Below, piece after piece: positions 28,661 to 38,279 of a DNA stretch of 64,000 bases. Location: contig CAYQRM010000136.1 of the NCBI GenBank assembly GCA_964419785.1, forward strand, positions 5,305-69,304, written 5' to 3'. Both the position numbers and the translations under genes were made by a program. Every line of letters begins with the position of its first letter. The first letter of the stretch is position 1. The notes beneath the pieces are model-generated. The model was not told the DNA's origin and did not search any database. It was given only the letters and a program-made list of their open reading frames with translations. Source of the DNA: an uncultured Solibacteraceae bacterium (GTDB lineage Bacteria; Acidobacteriota; Vicinamibacteria; Vicinamibacterales; SCN-69-37).

Positions 28661-28717
28661 CACGAGCTCGCGCGGCGGTCTGCGACCTTGTCCCTGTGTT
28701 GTTTTCTGGAGGAAGCA

Positions 28718-30895
28718 ATGGGTTCGTCAGCGCTTCACGACGCCACGAAAGGCATCATTGATTGGGGAAAGAGCGGCGCCAAGTCCGCGCAGCCGCGCGC
28801 GAAGGCGACCGAAATTTTTGGCTCACTGACTTTCAACGACGACGTCCAGCGTCGCCGGCTGCCGCGCGACGCGTACAAGTCGTTGCGGCGCACGATCACG
28901 CAGAGCCAGCCCCTCGATCCCTCGATCGCCGACGTCGTCGCGACCGCGATGAAAGATTGGGCCATCGAGCATGGCGCGACCCACTACACGCACTGGTTCC
29001 AGCCGCTCACCGGCATCACCGCCGAGAAGCATGACTCGTTCATCGCGCCGTCGCCGGAGGGCCGCGCGGTCGCGGAGTTCGGCGGCAAGGAGCTGATCAA
29101 AGGCGAGCCCGACGCGTCGAGCTTCCCGTCTGGCGGCATGCGGTCTACGTTCGAGGCGCGCGGCTACACGGCGTGGGATCCGACGAGCCCACCGTGGCTG
29201 CTCGTCGGTCCAAACGGCACGACGCTCGTGATTCCGACGGCGTTCGTGAGCTGGACTGGCGAGTCGCTCGACACGAAGACGCCGCTTCTGCGCTCGATTG
29301 AAGCGCTGTCCAAGCAGGCGATGCGCATTCTGAAGCTGTTCGGCTCGAAAGCCGAGCGCGTCGCGACGACGTGCGGACCCGAGCAGGAGTACTTCCTGAT
29401 CGATCGCCACTTCTATTTCGCTCGGCCCGATCTCATCAACGCCGGTCGGACGCTCTACGGCGCGCGCCCGCCGAAGGGCCAGGAGCTCGAAGATCAGTAC
29501 TTCGGCCACATTCCCGAACGCGTGCTCGCGTTCATGCACGAGGTCGAAAACGAGCTCTACAAAGTCGGCGTGCCGGTGAAGACGCGTCACAACGAGGTCG
29601 CGCCGAGCCAGTACGAAGTCGCGCCGATCTTCGAGATGGCCAACGTCGCCACCGATCATCAGATGATGACGATGGAGACCATGCGCCGCGTCGCGCCGAA
29701 GTACGGCCTGGCGTGCCTGTTCCACGAGAAGCCGTTTGCCGGCGTCAACGGCAGCGGCAAGCACCTCAACTGGAGCATGAGCGACGACCTCGGGAACAAC
29801 CTGCTGAACCCCGGCGACACGCCGCACGAGAACATTCAGTTCCTCGTGTTCTGCGCGGCGATGCTGCTCGCGGTGAACAAGTGGCAGGGGTTGCTGCGCA
29901 TGTCGATCGCGAGCGCGGGCAACGATCACCGCCTCGGCGCGAACGAAGCGCCGCCGGCGATCATCTCGATCTTCCTCGGCGACATGTTGACGGACATCTT
30001 TCAGCAGATCGAGAAAGGCGGCGCGAAGCAGACCAAGAGCGGCGGCATCCTCGACACCGGGGTGTCCGTGCTGCCGAAGCTGCCGCGCGACGCCGGCGAC
30101 CGCAACCGCACGAGCCCGTTCGCGTTCACGGGCAATAAGTTCGAGTTCCGCGCCGTGTCGTCCAACCAGAGCATCGCGTTCCCGAATATCGCGCTCAACG
30201 TCGCCGCCGCCGACGCGCTCGATTACGTCGCCACCGAGCTCGAAGCCGCGGTCAAGAGCAAGAAGTCGATCGAGAAGGCTGTGAAAGAACTGCTGCCGAA
30301 GTTGATCAAAGACAACAAGCGGATCATCTTCAACGGCAACGGCTATGCCGACGAGTGGCGCAAGGAAGCCGGCAAGCGCGGGCTCCTCAACTTGACCAAC
30401 ACCGTCGACGCGCTGACGGAGATCGTCAAGCCCGCCGTCATCAAGACGTTCGAGAAGCACAAGGTACTCAACGACCGCGAGCTGCACGCGCGCTACGAAA
30501 TCGCGCTCGAGACCTACGTGAAGACCGTGAACGTCGAGGCGCAGTTGATGGTGCTGATGGCCAACCGCTACATTCTGCCGTCGGCGCTCAAGTACCAGAA
30601 GGACGTCGCCGAGTCGGTCGCGGCAGTCCGCGAGGCGGGCGGGTCGACGAGAGAGGCGAAGAAGCTGCTCGGCGAGATCGCGTTGCTCGTCGACGAGCTG
30701 CGGGTGCGCGCCGACAAGCTCGCAAAAGCGCTCGATCACTCCGCCGGGAGCGCCGAGAAGCACGCCAAATTCGTTCGAGACACGGTCGTGCCGGCGATGA
30801 CCGCGTTGCGTGAGACGGGCGATCAGATCGAGCTGCTGATGCCCCACGAGACGTGGCCGTTGCCGACGTACAGAGAAATGCTGTTCATCAAGTAA
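28718..30895 (+). CDS. glnN: Glutamine synthetase type III
   Basis: [93 protein letters not shown]; GGAGG RBS. Confidence 0.96.
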   Translation: MGSSALHDATKGIIDWGKSGAKSAQPRAKATEIFGSLTFNDDVQRRRLPRDAYKSLRRTITQSQPLDPSIADVVATAMKDWAIEHGATHYTHWFQPLTGITAEKHDSFIAPSPEGRAVAEFGGKELIKGEPDASSFPSGGMRSTFEARGYTAWDPTSPPWLLVGPNGTTLVIPTAFVSWTGESLDTKTPLLRSIEALSKQAMRILKLFGSKAERVATTCGPEQEYFLIDRHFYFARPDLINAGRTLYGARPPKGQELEDQYFGHIPERVLAFMHEVENELYKVGVPVKTRHNEVAPSQYEVAPIFEMANVATDHQMMTMETMRRVAPKYGLACLFHEKPFAGVNGSGKHLNWSMSDDLGNNLLNPGDTPHENIQFLVFCAAMLLAVNKWQGLLRMSIASAGNDHRLGANEAPPAIISIFLGDMLTDIFQQIEKGGAKQTKSGGILDTGVSVLPKLPRDAGDRNRTSPFAFTGNKFEFRAVSSNQSIAFPNIALNVAAADALDYVATELEAAVKSKKSIEKAVKELLPKLIKDNKRIIFNGNGYADEWRKEAGKRGLLNLTNTVDALTEIVKPAVIKTFEKHKVLNDRELHARYEIALETYVKTVNVEAQLMVLMANRYILPSALKYQKDVAESVAAVREAGGSTREAKKLLGEIALLVDELRVRADKLAKALDHSAGSAEKHAKFVRDTVVPAMTALRETGDQIELLMPHETWPLPTYREMLFIK

Positions 30896-31020
30896 GTCGA
30901 GTAAGTCGAGAAGTCGGGAGGTCGAAAGGTCGAAAGGTTGCGAAGGCGATCTACTTTTTGACTTCTCGACCTCTCGACTTTTTGACTTCTCGACTTCCTG
31001 ATCTCTCGACTTCTTGACCT
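30892..31020. repeat. Inverted GAGAAGTC-type 8-mer arrays between convergent genes, no cargo
   Basis: Left gtaagtcga gtaagtcga gaagtcgg gaggtcga aaggtcga; right gacttctc gacctctc gacttttt gacttctc gacttcct. Confidence 0.8.
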
Positions 31021-31021
31021 T

Positions 31022-33442
31022 CTATTCGCTCTTAAGCACTGTCACAGGATCGGTCCTCGCCGCGCGGACCGCCGGAATCAGCGTGGAGATCGCCGCGCAC
31101 GCGAGGATTGCGAGCCCGCCCGCGGCCATTGGCGCCGGGGCAAGCGGTGATACCTGAAAGAGCACGCGCGAAAGCAGCGGACCGGCGGCAGTCACGAGCA
31201 GCCAGCCGGCCGCGAGTCCCGCGCCCGCGAGCACGAGGCCGTGCGTCATGACGAGGCGACCGATGTCCACTGGCCGCGCGCCAAGGCTCAGCCTCACCGC
31301 AAGCTCGCGCTGACGCGACGTGACCGTCCACGAGAGCAATCCGTAGATCCCCACGACCGCGAGTACGAGGGCGAGCACACCGAAGGCGATCAGCAGTCGC
31401 ATCAACAATCGCGGCTGGGCGCTGAGCTGTTCGAAGCGCGCGTCGAGCATCTGCACGCGATCGAGCGGCAGCGTGCTGTTGGTCTCGCGCAGCGTCGAAC
31501 GCAACGCCGCCTGCAGTCCCGCCGCGTCCGAGCCACGCACGGTGATATCGAGCGACCTGTACGGAAACTGACGCGTCGTGTGGAAGATCGCCGGCTCGAT
31601 CGGCTGGCCGGGCGGCGTGTTGGCCGTGTCGCCGACGACGCCGATGATCTCGAAGGGCTGATCGACCAGCAGGTTGCGGCCCATCGGTCCGATCACGGTA
31701 ACGTGCGATCGCAGATGCTGACCGACCGCGCGCTCGCCCGGAAAGAATTGCTTCGCGAACGCCGCGTTGACCACGACCGCGGCTTGCGCCGCGACGGTAT
31801 CGCGCGTCGTAAACAGCCGACCGTCGATGAGCGGCATCGCAAGCGTCTCGAAATAGCCGTCAGTCACCGAGAAGTGCTGCGCGATGGGTGCGTCTTCCGG
31901 ACGCCGGTTGGGCCGCCCGACGATGTCGAAGGCGATCCGCCAGCCAGGCTCGAACGGCAGAAACGTCGTCGCACCGGCCGCCGTCACGCCAGGCTTCTGC
32001 CGGAGCTGGTCCAGAAACGACGCGTAGAACGCGTCGACCTGCGCCCAATCGCTGTACGTCGGACCGGTCAGCTGCAGGTTCGCCGTGAGCACGCCGGCCG
32101 ACGACACGCCGCTCGGTACGGCCACGAGTGCGGCGACGCTCTTCACGAGCAGCGCCGACGCCGTCACGAGCGCGCAGGCCAGCGCAACCTCCGCGACCAC
32201 GAGCGAGCGATGCGCGAGTCTGCCGCTCGTCGTCGACGTCCGATCGCCGTCACGCAGCGTCGAGGCCCGTCGCTGGCGCACCATGAGCAGCGAGGGGACC
32301 AGGCCGAAGCCGAGCGTCATCGCCGTGATGATGCCGACAACGACGCCGGCGACGCGCCAGTTGAGCGACACCTGATCGAGCCGCGGAATCGCGACGGGCA
32401 TCGTCGCGACGAGCACCTGCACCAGTCCCCAGGCGAGGACCAAGCCAACGCTGCCGCCGACGACCGAGAGCGCGGCGCTTTCCGCGATGAGCTCGCGCAT
32501 CAGGCGCAGCGGCGACGCGCCAAGCGCGACGCGTACGGCAAGCTCACGGCGTCGATCGAGCGATCGCGTCAGCAGCAGGCCGGCGACGTTGAACGCGCCG
32601 ATGAGCATCAAGAGAAGGACGGCGCCGAGCAGCACGAGGAGCGCGGGACGATAAAAGCCGAGTTGGCTCTCGAGCAGCGGCATCACGCGCGTGCTCCACG
32701 CGTGATTGGTCGTCGGAAAGGCGGCGGCAAGGCGACTCGCGAGCGCGGCGGTGTCACGCCCCGCTTGCTCGACGGTGATGCCCGGCGCGAGTCGCGCGAC
32801 CGTCTCCATGAAGTGCGCGGCGCGGCTGTGCTGCGTCAGGTCCCACTGCAATCGTTCCCACACATCGACGTCGTCCGGAAATGTGAAGCGCGGCGGCATG
32901 ACGCCAACGACGGTGTACGGCGTGTCGTTCAGCCGGATCGGACGGCCGATGAGCCCGCGATCCGCGTTGTATCGCGCGCGCCAGAGGCGATCGCTGATGA
33001 CCGCGATGAGCTGTCGGTCGTAGAACGGCCCATTCGCAGGAAAGCCCGGTCCGACTTCAGGCGTGACGCCGAGCAACTGGAACAGATTCGCGCTGACCTC
33101 AATTGTCTTCACGCGGACCGGTTCGATCGCATCGTCGGTCAAGTTGACGTCCGGCCGCCACCATGCGGCGGCATCCTCGAACGTGCCGTGCATCGCGCGC
33201 ACGTCCATGAAGTTCACGGGCGACACGCGCTCCTGGCGCAGTCCCTTCTCGTAGTTCGTATCCCACAGCGTGACGAGGCGATCCGGCGCGCGAAACGGCA
33301 GCGGCTTCAGGACGACCCCATCGACGATCGTGTACACCGCCGCCGCCGCGCCGATGCCGAGCCCGAGCACGACGACGGTGAGCGTCGCGAAGGCTGGGTG
33401 CTGGCGGAACTGACGAAACGCGATGCGCAGATCGTGGAACAC
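31022..33442 (-). CDS. ADOP-family duplicated ABC permease (no prefix domain)
   Basis: HDLRIAFRQF..HPAF, RRRELAVRVALGASP, RQRELAVRLSLGA, PAVRAARTDP..VLK. Confidence 0.92.
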   Translation of the reverse strand: MFHDLRIAFRQFRQHPAFATLTVVVLGLGIGAAAAVYTIVDGVVLKPLPFRAPDRLVTLWDTNYEKGLRQERVSPVNFMDVRAMHGTFEDAAAWWRPDVNLTDDAIEPVRVKTIEVSANLFQLLGVTPEVGPGFPANGPFYDRQLIAVISDRLWRARYNADRGLIGRPIRLNDTPYTVVGVMPPRFTFPDDVDVWERLQWDLTQHSRAAHFMETVARLAPGITVEQAGRDTAALASRLAAAFPTTNHAWSTRVMPLLESQLGFYRPALLVLLGAVLLLMLIGAFNVAGLLLTRSLDRRRELAVRVALGASPLRLMRELIAESAALSVVGGSVGLVLAWGLVQVLVATMPVAIPRLDQVSLNWRVAGVVVGIITAMTLGFGLVPSLLMVRQRRASTLRDGDRTSTTSGRLAHRSLVVAEVALACALVTASALLVKSVAALVAVPSGVSSAGVLTANLQLTGPTYSDWAQVDAFYASFLDQLRQKPGVTAAGATTFLPFEPGWRIAFDIVGRPNRRPEDAPIAQHFSVTDGYFETLAMPLIDGRLFTTRDTVAAQAAVVVNAAFAKQFFPGERAVGQHLRSHVTVIGPMGRNLLVDQPFEIIGVVGDTANTPPGQPIEPAIFHTTRQFPYRSLDITVRGSDAAGLQAALRSTLRETNSTLPLDRVQMLDARFEQLSAQPRLLMRLLIAFGVLALVLAVVGIYGLLSWTVTSRQRELAVRLSLGARPVDIGRLVMTHGLVLAGAGLAAGWLLVTAAGPLLSRVLFQVSPLAPAPMAAGGLAILACAAISTLIPAVRAARTDPVTVLKSE

Positions 33443-33449
33443 CTACGGC

Positions 33450-33477
33450 TTGGACGGACGCTAGCGCTCAGGGGTTG
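33450..33477 (-). promoter_or_regulatory. ECF-sigma-type promoter CAAC-N17-CGTCCAA, 10 nt upstream of the ADOP start
   Basis: Minus strand reads CAAC ccctgagcgctagcgtc CGTCCAA gccgtag GTG; no SD sequence. Confidence 0.6.
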
Positions 33478-33486
33478 GGGGTCCTT

Positions 33487-33917
33487 GGAAATGAGGCAAT
33501 GGGGCAATGAGGCAATGCGTGAATGTGCGTCAGGTGCTGCGGTTTTCCCGGAAGGTCCGCCGAGCGGCGGCAAAGATTGCGCGGAGTTCGCTGGCCTCCT
33601 GCAGCGCTGCGTCGAGTTCGCTGGCGCTGACAGGGCACCTAGCAGGGATCGCGCCTGGTGTTGTAGCGAGTCGGGCGAGGACCGCCCTGGCTATCTCCAG
33701 CCACAGCACGGACTCATCGGCCTCTTCTGCCGGTCAATGCAATCGACATACCCAATGCCGTAATCGCGAAGCCAGGGCAATGAGGCCGCAGGGCAGAGAG
33801 CTAATGCCCGTCCTGAGCCGCGTGGCGGGATCGCAGAATCTGCGATCCCGCTCGCGTCCGCGCATTTGCATTTTCTGCCATTCACCAATTGCCCCATTGC
33901 CCCATTGCCTCATTTCC
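33487..33917. mobile_element. Putative non-autonomous element with 39-bp terminal inverted repeats made of GGCAATG(A/G) 8-mers, enclosing a decayed four-helix-bundle gene
   Basis: Left ggaaatgaggcaatggggcaatgaggcaatgcgtgaatg vs reverse complement of right arm ggaaatgaggcaatggggcaatggggcaattggtgaatg (36/39). Mobility is inferred, not shown. Confidence 0.55.
33530..33733 (-). pseudogene. C-terminal fragment of a four-helix-bundle protein
   Basis: Minus-strand frame reads PAEEADESVLWLEIA...LDAALQEASELRAIFAAARRT, preceded by an in-frame TGA (33734-33736); N-terminal half not recognisable. Confidence 0.75.
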
Positions 33918-34041
33918 CAGAATTCGGTGTCTAAGTGCAGAGAGCCGGAAGACAGCACGATGCGCGGCATTGCAGCGAGCCTGCATCCGGGGCCTGCTGC
34001 CACAGGTTCCGGTCCGCCTGCCGGCGTTGGCTGCTTCCGGC

Positions 34042-34692
34042 TTACTTGGGCGCCGAGAGCTTCTCGCCCGCACGAATCGCGACGGGCAGGCGATTCTCCT
34101 TCGGAGGAATCGGGCAGTCGTACGACGAGTTGTAGACGCAGAACGGGTGATACGCGCGGTTGAAGTCGAGATCGTACAGTCCGGTCGGCGTCCGTTCGAG
34201 CTCCAGATAACGTCCGCCGCGATACGTTTCATTCCCGCTCGTCAGATCCGCGAACGGTACGAACAGTCGATCCATCGTCGGCGCGTCGATGTCGGCGAAA
34301 GCCGTGAGCTTGTATGACGCGTCGCCGAGCGCGAAGCTCAGCGTGCCGACGCGGCGCATCTGGCGCCGCTGATCGGTGGAGGTCTGCAGTTCGAGGACGA
34401 CCGGCGGTCCGCTGCGATCTTCTGCGAGCGCGGCGGGCACGCGGTATTTCGGATCGATGTCGTAGTAGGCGAGCCCAGGAAAGCTCGCGCGCGCCGAGGC
34501 GGGCAGCGGTGAATCGCGGCCGGTCCGGAACATGTCGTCCTTCTCTTGACGGAAGGCCACGATCGTCGCGTCGTACGGCCGCGAATCGACCGGTGGCGGC
34601 GGCCCCGAGCTGCACGACGCGGCCGCGACGATCACGAGCGTCGATGCGATCGCGAGCCGCGCGCGCGGCGATCTAAGAATAGATGTAGCCAC
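34042..34692 (-). CDS. DUF1684-family lipoprotein
   Basis: Lipobox AAASC; FRQEKD..F..SPL, L.YY.IDP.YRVPA, LFVPFADLTSG.ETY.GGRYL, LDFNRAYHPFC.YN..YDCPIPP.EN.L.VAIRAGEK. Confidence 0.9.
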   Translation of the reverse strand: MATSILRSPRARLAIASTLVIVAAASCSSGPPPPVDSRPYDATIVAFRQEKDDMFRTGRDSPLPASARASFPGLAYYDIDPKYRVPAALAEDRSGPPVVLELQTSTDQRRQMRRVGTLSFALGDASYKLTAFADIDAPTMDRLFVPFADLTSGNETYRGGRYLELERTPTGLYDLDFNRAYHPFCVYNSSYDCPIPPKENRLPVAIRAGEKLSAPK

Positions 34693-36427
34693 GGCGCTCC
34701 ACGATGGCGTCGGCGATCCGACGACGAGCCTGAATGGTGTTCACGGGCGGGATCTTGAGCAGCCGCCGCAGGGCCGCGAGCGTCGTCCGCAGGGTGTCGC
34801 CGGAGCCGAGCGAGGGGAGCAGCGTGCGCATCGACGCGTCCGCCCGGAGACCGGCGTCATGCGCGAGCACCGACGCGGCGTCGGCTTGGAGCGTGGCGGT
34901 TTGGAGCCTTGCTGACGCGGCTTGCTCGGCGCGCAGGAGCGCGCTTTCGGCGATGAACACGTCGATGATGATATCCGCGACGAGCATGACCGTCTCCTGC
35001 TCGTGCTGCAGCGCCTCACCGTGCGTTTCGAGCGCAAGCCCGATCGCCATGAGCGCCGTCTTCTTGAGCGCCGCGATGGTCCGGCGCGCGTTCGCGACCG
35101 GCTCGTCCGTCTCGTCGCCGAGCGCCGGCGGGCTCATCAATTCATCCTGCAGGCGCTTCGCTGCGGCGACAATCGGCAGTCCGCTCTTGAGCGACCGCTT
35201 GATGAGCATGCTCGGCACGAGGAGGCGATTGATCTCGTTCGTGCCTTCAAAGATGCGATTGACGCGCGCGTCGCGGTAATGACGCTCCGCCGGATAGTCC
35301 GCGACGAAGCCGTTGCCGCCGTGAATCTGCACGTTCTCGTCGACGACGAAATCGAGCATTTCGCTCGCGGCGACCTTGAGGATCGAGGCTTCGACCGCGA
35401 ACTCCTCGAGCGCGGCCGCCGCCTCACTGCCGGACGCGATGGTCGCGTCGATCAATCCCGCCGTCCGGTACAAGGCGCTCTCGACCGCGAACGTGCGAAT
35501 CGCCATCTCGGCGAGCTTGTGCCGGATCGCGCCGAACGACGCAATCGGCTGGCCGAATTGCCGCCGCGACGCCGCGTACGTTGCGGCCTCGACCAGGCAT
35601 GAGCGCGCGCCGCCCGTGCACATCCCTGCGAGCTTGAACCGTCCGTAGTTGAGCACGTTGAACGCGATCTTGTGGCCCCTGCCGACTTCGCCCAGCAGGT
35701 TCGCGGCTGGGACCTCCGCGTCGGCCAGCACGATCGGCGTCGTCGACGATCCGTGGAGGCCCATCTTGTGCTCTTCCTTGCCGTTGGCGACGCCCTTGAA
35801 CGCGCGCTCGACGATGAACGCGGAGAACTGCTCGCCGTCGACCTTGGCAAAGACGATGAACAGGTCGGCGAAGCCACCGTTGGTGATCCAAAGCTTCTCG
35901 CCGTTGAGGCGCCACGATCCGTCGGGCTGACGCATCGCGCGCGCGCGCGCGCCAAGCGCGTCCGATCCCGAGGCGGATTCGCTCAGGCAGTACGCACCAA
36001 TCATCTCGCCGTTCACGATGCGCGGCAGGTACTTCCGCCGCTGCTCGTCGGTGCCGAAGCACAGAATCGGAAGGATCGTGAGGCCCGTCTGCGCCCCAAA
36101 CGTCGTCGCGAACGACGCCGTGATGCCGATCACTTCGCCCACGACGATCGACGCGGTCTTGTCGAGCTCGACGCCGCCGTACGCTTCGGGCACGTCGGTG
36201 CCCAGCAGGCCGAGATCGCCGGCGCGTTTGATCAGTTGCCGCGCGAGGGTCCAGTTCTTCTTCTCGAGCTCTGGCAATACGGGCAGCACTTCTTTGGTGA
36301 CGAATTCGGTCGCCGTCTGGGCCACAAGCCGATGCTCGTCGCTCAATCGCTCCGGCGTGCCGATCTCACCGGCCTCGACGTCCGTCGTCAGCCACTCTCC
36401 GCCTTTGTGCGCCACGCTCGTGGTCAT
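34673..36427 (-). CDS. fadE: Acyl-CoA dehydrogenase (FadE/YusJ-like)
   Basis: AYCLSESASGSDA, LNGEKLWITNG, KMGLHGSST, LNYGRFKL, QIHGGNGF, YRDAR.NRIFEGTNEINR; start reassigned to ATG 36427 (ATGA overlap). Confidence 0.93.
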   Translation of the reverse strand: MTTSVAHKGGEWLTTDVEAGEIGTPERLSDEHRLVAQTATEFVTKEVLPVLPELEKKNWTLARQLIKRAGDLGLLGTDVPEAYGGVELDKTASIVVGEVIGITASFATTFGAQTGLTILPILCFGTDEQRRKYLPRIVNGEMIGAYCLSESASGSDALGARARAMRQPDGSWRLNGEKLWITNGGFADLFIVFAKVDGEQFSAFIVERAFKGVANGKEEHKMGLHGSSTTPIVLADAEVPAANLLGEVGRGHKIAFNVLNYGRFKLAGMCTGGARSCLVEAATYAASRRQFGQPIASFGAIRHKLAEMAIRTFAVESALYRTAGLIDATIASGSEAAAALEEFAVEASILKVAASEMLDFVVDENVQIHGGNGFVADYPAERHYRDARVNRIFEGTNEINRLLVPSMLIKRSLKSGLPIVAAAKRLQDELMSPPALGDETDEPVANARRTIAALKKTALMAIGLALETHGEALQHEQETVMLVADIIIDVFIAESALLRAEQAASARLQTATLQADAASVLAHDAGLRADASMRTLLPSLGSGDTLRTTLAALRRLLKIPPVNTIQARRRIADAIVERRGYIYS

Positions 36428-37656
36428 TCTACTTCTCGACTTCCCACTTCTCGACTTCCCGACTTCTCGACTTCTCGACTTTCGATGATCATCGCCGCGC
36501 CCATGCCGCCGCCAATGCACAAGGACGCGAGGCCATACCGCGCCTTTCGTCGTCGCATTTCGTAGACCAACGTCGTGACGAGCCGCGCGCCCGAGCAGCC
36601 GAGCGGATGTCCGAGGGCAATCGCGCCGCCGTTCACGTTGAGTCGATCCTCGGCGATCGGGAGGTCGACGAGACAGGCGAGCACTTGCACGGCGAATGCC
36701 TCGTTCAACTCGACGAGGTCGATGTCATCGAGTGTCAGGCCTGTTTGCGCGAGCACCTTGCGAATGGCCGGAACCGGACCGAGGCCGAAAAGCTCGGGTC
36801 GCACGCCAGCGGTCGCGTACCCGACGATCCGAGCGAGCGGCGTCAGACCCGCGCGGCGTGCGCGACTGGCTGAGGTCACGACCACCGCCGAGGCGCCATC
36901 GCTTGTCTGCGACGAATTACCCGCGGTGACGCTGCCATTTGCGTGAAACGCGGGTCTCAGCCTGGCGAGCGCGTCGGCCGAACTGTCGCGGCGCGGGCCC
37001 TCGTCGGCGGCAAAGCGAATCGTCCGCGCGGCCGGCCGTCCGCTCGGCGATGAATCGACGACGTCGACATCGACAGCGACGATCTCGTCGGCGAGCCTGC
37101 CTGCGTCGATCGCCGCGATTGCACGATGGTGACTGCGCAGCGCGAATGCGTCCTGCGCCTCGCGCGAAATCCGACTCTCGCGCGCATGATTTTCGGCGAC
37201 GAGGCCGGTCGTCAGATACGCGTCGGGATACTCGGTCACAAGATGCGGATTGGGCGCGATCTTGTTGCCGCCCATCGGCACCAGGCTCATCGATTCGGTT
37301 CCGCCGGCAATGACGACGCTTGCGCGGCCGAGCATCACGCGATCGGCCGCCGCGGCGATGGCTTCGAGTCCAGACGCGCAGAAGCGATTGATCGTCATCG
37401 CTGAGGCTTTGACCGGAAGGCCGGCGCGCAAGCTCGCCATCCGCGCGACGTTTAGACCCTGTTCCGCTTCCGGCATCGCGCACCCGAGAATCACATCGTC
37501 GACATCGTCGGCCGTGATGCCCGGTGCGCGGCGCAATGCTTCGCCGAGCACAACGGCGGCAAGGTCGTCAGGCCGCGTCGCGCGCAACGTGCCGTTCGGC
37601 GCCTTGCCGATCGGCGTCCTCACGGCCGAGACAATGACCGCGCTTTCGACCGTCAC
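36424..37656 (-). CDS. fadA: Acetyl-CoA C-acyltransferase (thiolase, FadA) with repeat-derived C-terminal extension
   Basis: TINRFCASG, NSSQTSDGA, ELNEAFA, NGGAIALGHPLG, SLCIGGGMG; tail SREVEKSGSREVGSREVE is encoded by the 8-mer array. Confidence 0.95.
   Translation of the reverse strand: MTVESAVIVSAVRTPIGKAPNGTLRATRPDDLAAVVLGEALRRAPGITADDVDDVILGCAMPEAEQGLNVARMASLRAGLPVKASAMTINRFCASGLEAIAAAADRVMLGRASVVIAGGTESMSLVPMGGNKIAPNPHLVTEYPDAYLTTGLVAENHARESRISREAQDAFALRSHHRAIAAIDAGRLADEIVAVDVDVVDSSPSGRPAARTIRFAADEGPRRDSSADALARLRPAFHANGSVTAGNSSQTSDGASAVVVTSASRARRAGLTPLARIVGYATAGVRPELFGLGPVPAIRKVLAQTGLTLDDIDLVELNEAFAVQVLACLVDLPIAEDRLNVNGGAIALGHPLGCSGARLVTTLVYEMRRRKARYGLASLCIGGGMGAAMIIESREVEKSGSREVGSREVE
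36431..36483. repeat. GAGAAGTC-type 8-mer array inside the 3' end of fadA
   Basis: acttctcg acttccc acttctcg acttcccg acttctcg acttctcg actttc. Confidence 0.85.
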
Positions 37657-38279
37657 TCGAAATCACCCAGCAACTCTTGGAGCGCCTCGCCGACTTCCTT
37701 CGTCCGTCCTTCGAACAGATGGCTCGCGCCATCGATGACGACGAGCTCTTTCGGCTCCTTGAGCTTCGCGTAAAAGGCCCAAAGTTCTTTGATCGGGCAC
37801 AGCTCGTCCTCGCTGCCCTGGACGATGAATTTCGGCTTCGTAGACTCGAGCGTGCGCGGAAACGAGTAGCCGTTGCGCGCCACTGGTGGCGCGATCGCGA
37901 TCAAAACGGACACGCGAGGATCGTCGGCGCCGGTTTCGAGCGCGACCCATGATCCAAATGAGAAACCCGCGGCCCAAAGCGGCGCGCCCGGATAGCGCGC
38001 GTGCATGAAGTCGAGCGCGGCCGCAAAATCTTCCTTCTCGCCGACGCCCTCGTCGAAGCTCCCGCCGCTGCCGCCGACGCCGCGGAAGTTGAATCGGAGT
38101 ACCGCGCAGCCGATTCTCGCGAGACCTTTCGCGCCCTGAAACACGGCCTTCGTATGCATCGTGCCGCCCTGCTGCGGGTGCGGGTGCGCGAAAACGACGG
38201 CCGCGCGCGGCGATGCGCTGTCGCCGTCAAGCAGCGCTTCGAGGGAGCCGGCGGGGCCGGTCAGGGTCTCTGCACTCAT
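37653..38279 (-). CDS. Alpha/beta hydrolase (small esterase family)
   Basis: HPHPQQGGTM..K.V, LRFNFRGVG.S.G..D.G.GE, GFSFG, QGSEDE, GASHLF. Confidence 0.9.
   Translation of the reverse strand: MSAETLTGPAGSLEALLDGDSASPRAAVVFAHPHPQQGGTMHTKAVFQGAKGLARIGCAVLRFNFRGVGGSGGSFDEGVGEKEDFAAALDFMHARYPGAPLWAAGFSFGSWVALETGADDPRVSVLIAIAPPVARNGYSFPRTLESTKPKFIVQGSEDELCPIKELWAFYAKLKEPKELVVIDGASHLFEGRTKEVGEALQELLGDFE

Noticed and set aside
28560-28717. Known glnA (glutamine) riboswitch or ANTAR element
   Set aside because: I could not match either consensus by eye; kept only as an unclassified structured leader.
33734-33736. Programmed TGA read-through or selenocysteine joining ORF 33734-34003 to the four-helix-bundle fragment
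   Set aside because: The upstream frame does not resemble the family N-terminus and runs through the repeat arm; decay is the simpler explanation.
28823-33763. Long antisense or alternate-frame ORFs (e.g. 28823-30847, 31241-33763; also 58555-60738, 11197-12798)
   Set aside because: Typical shadows of GC-rich coding genes: Arg/Ala-rich, no family motifs, fully overlapping well-supported CDSs.
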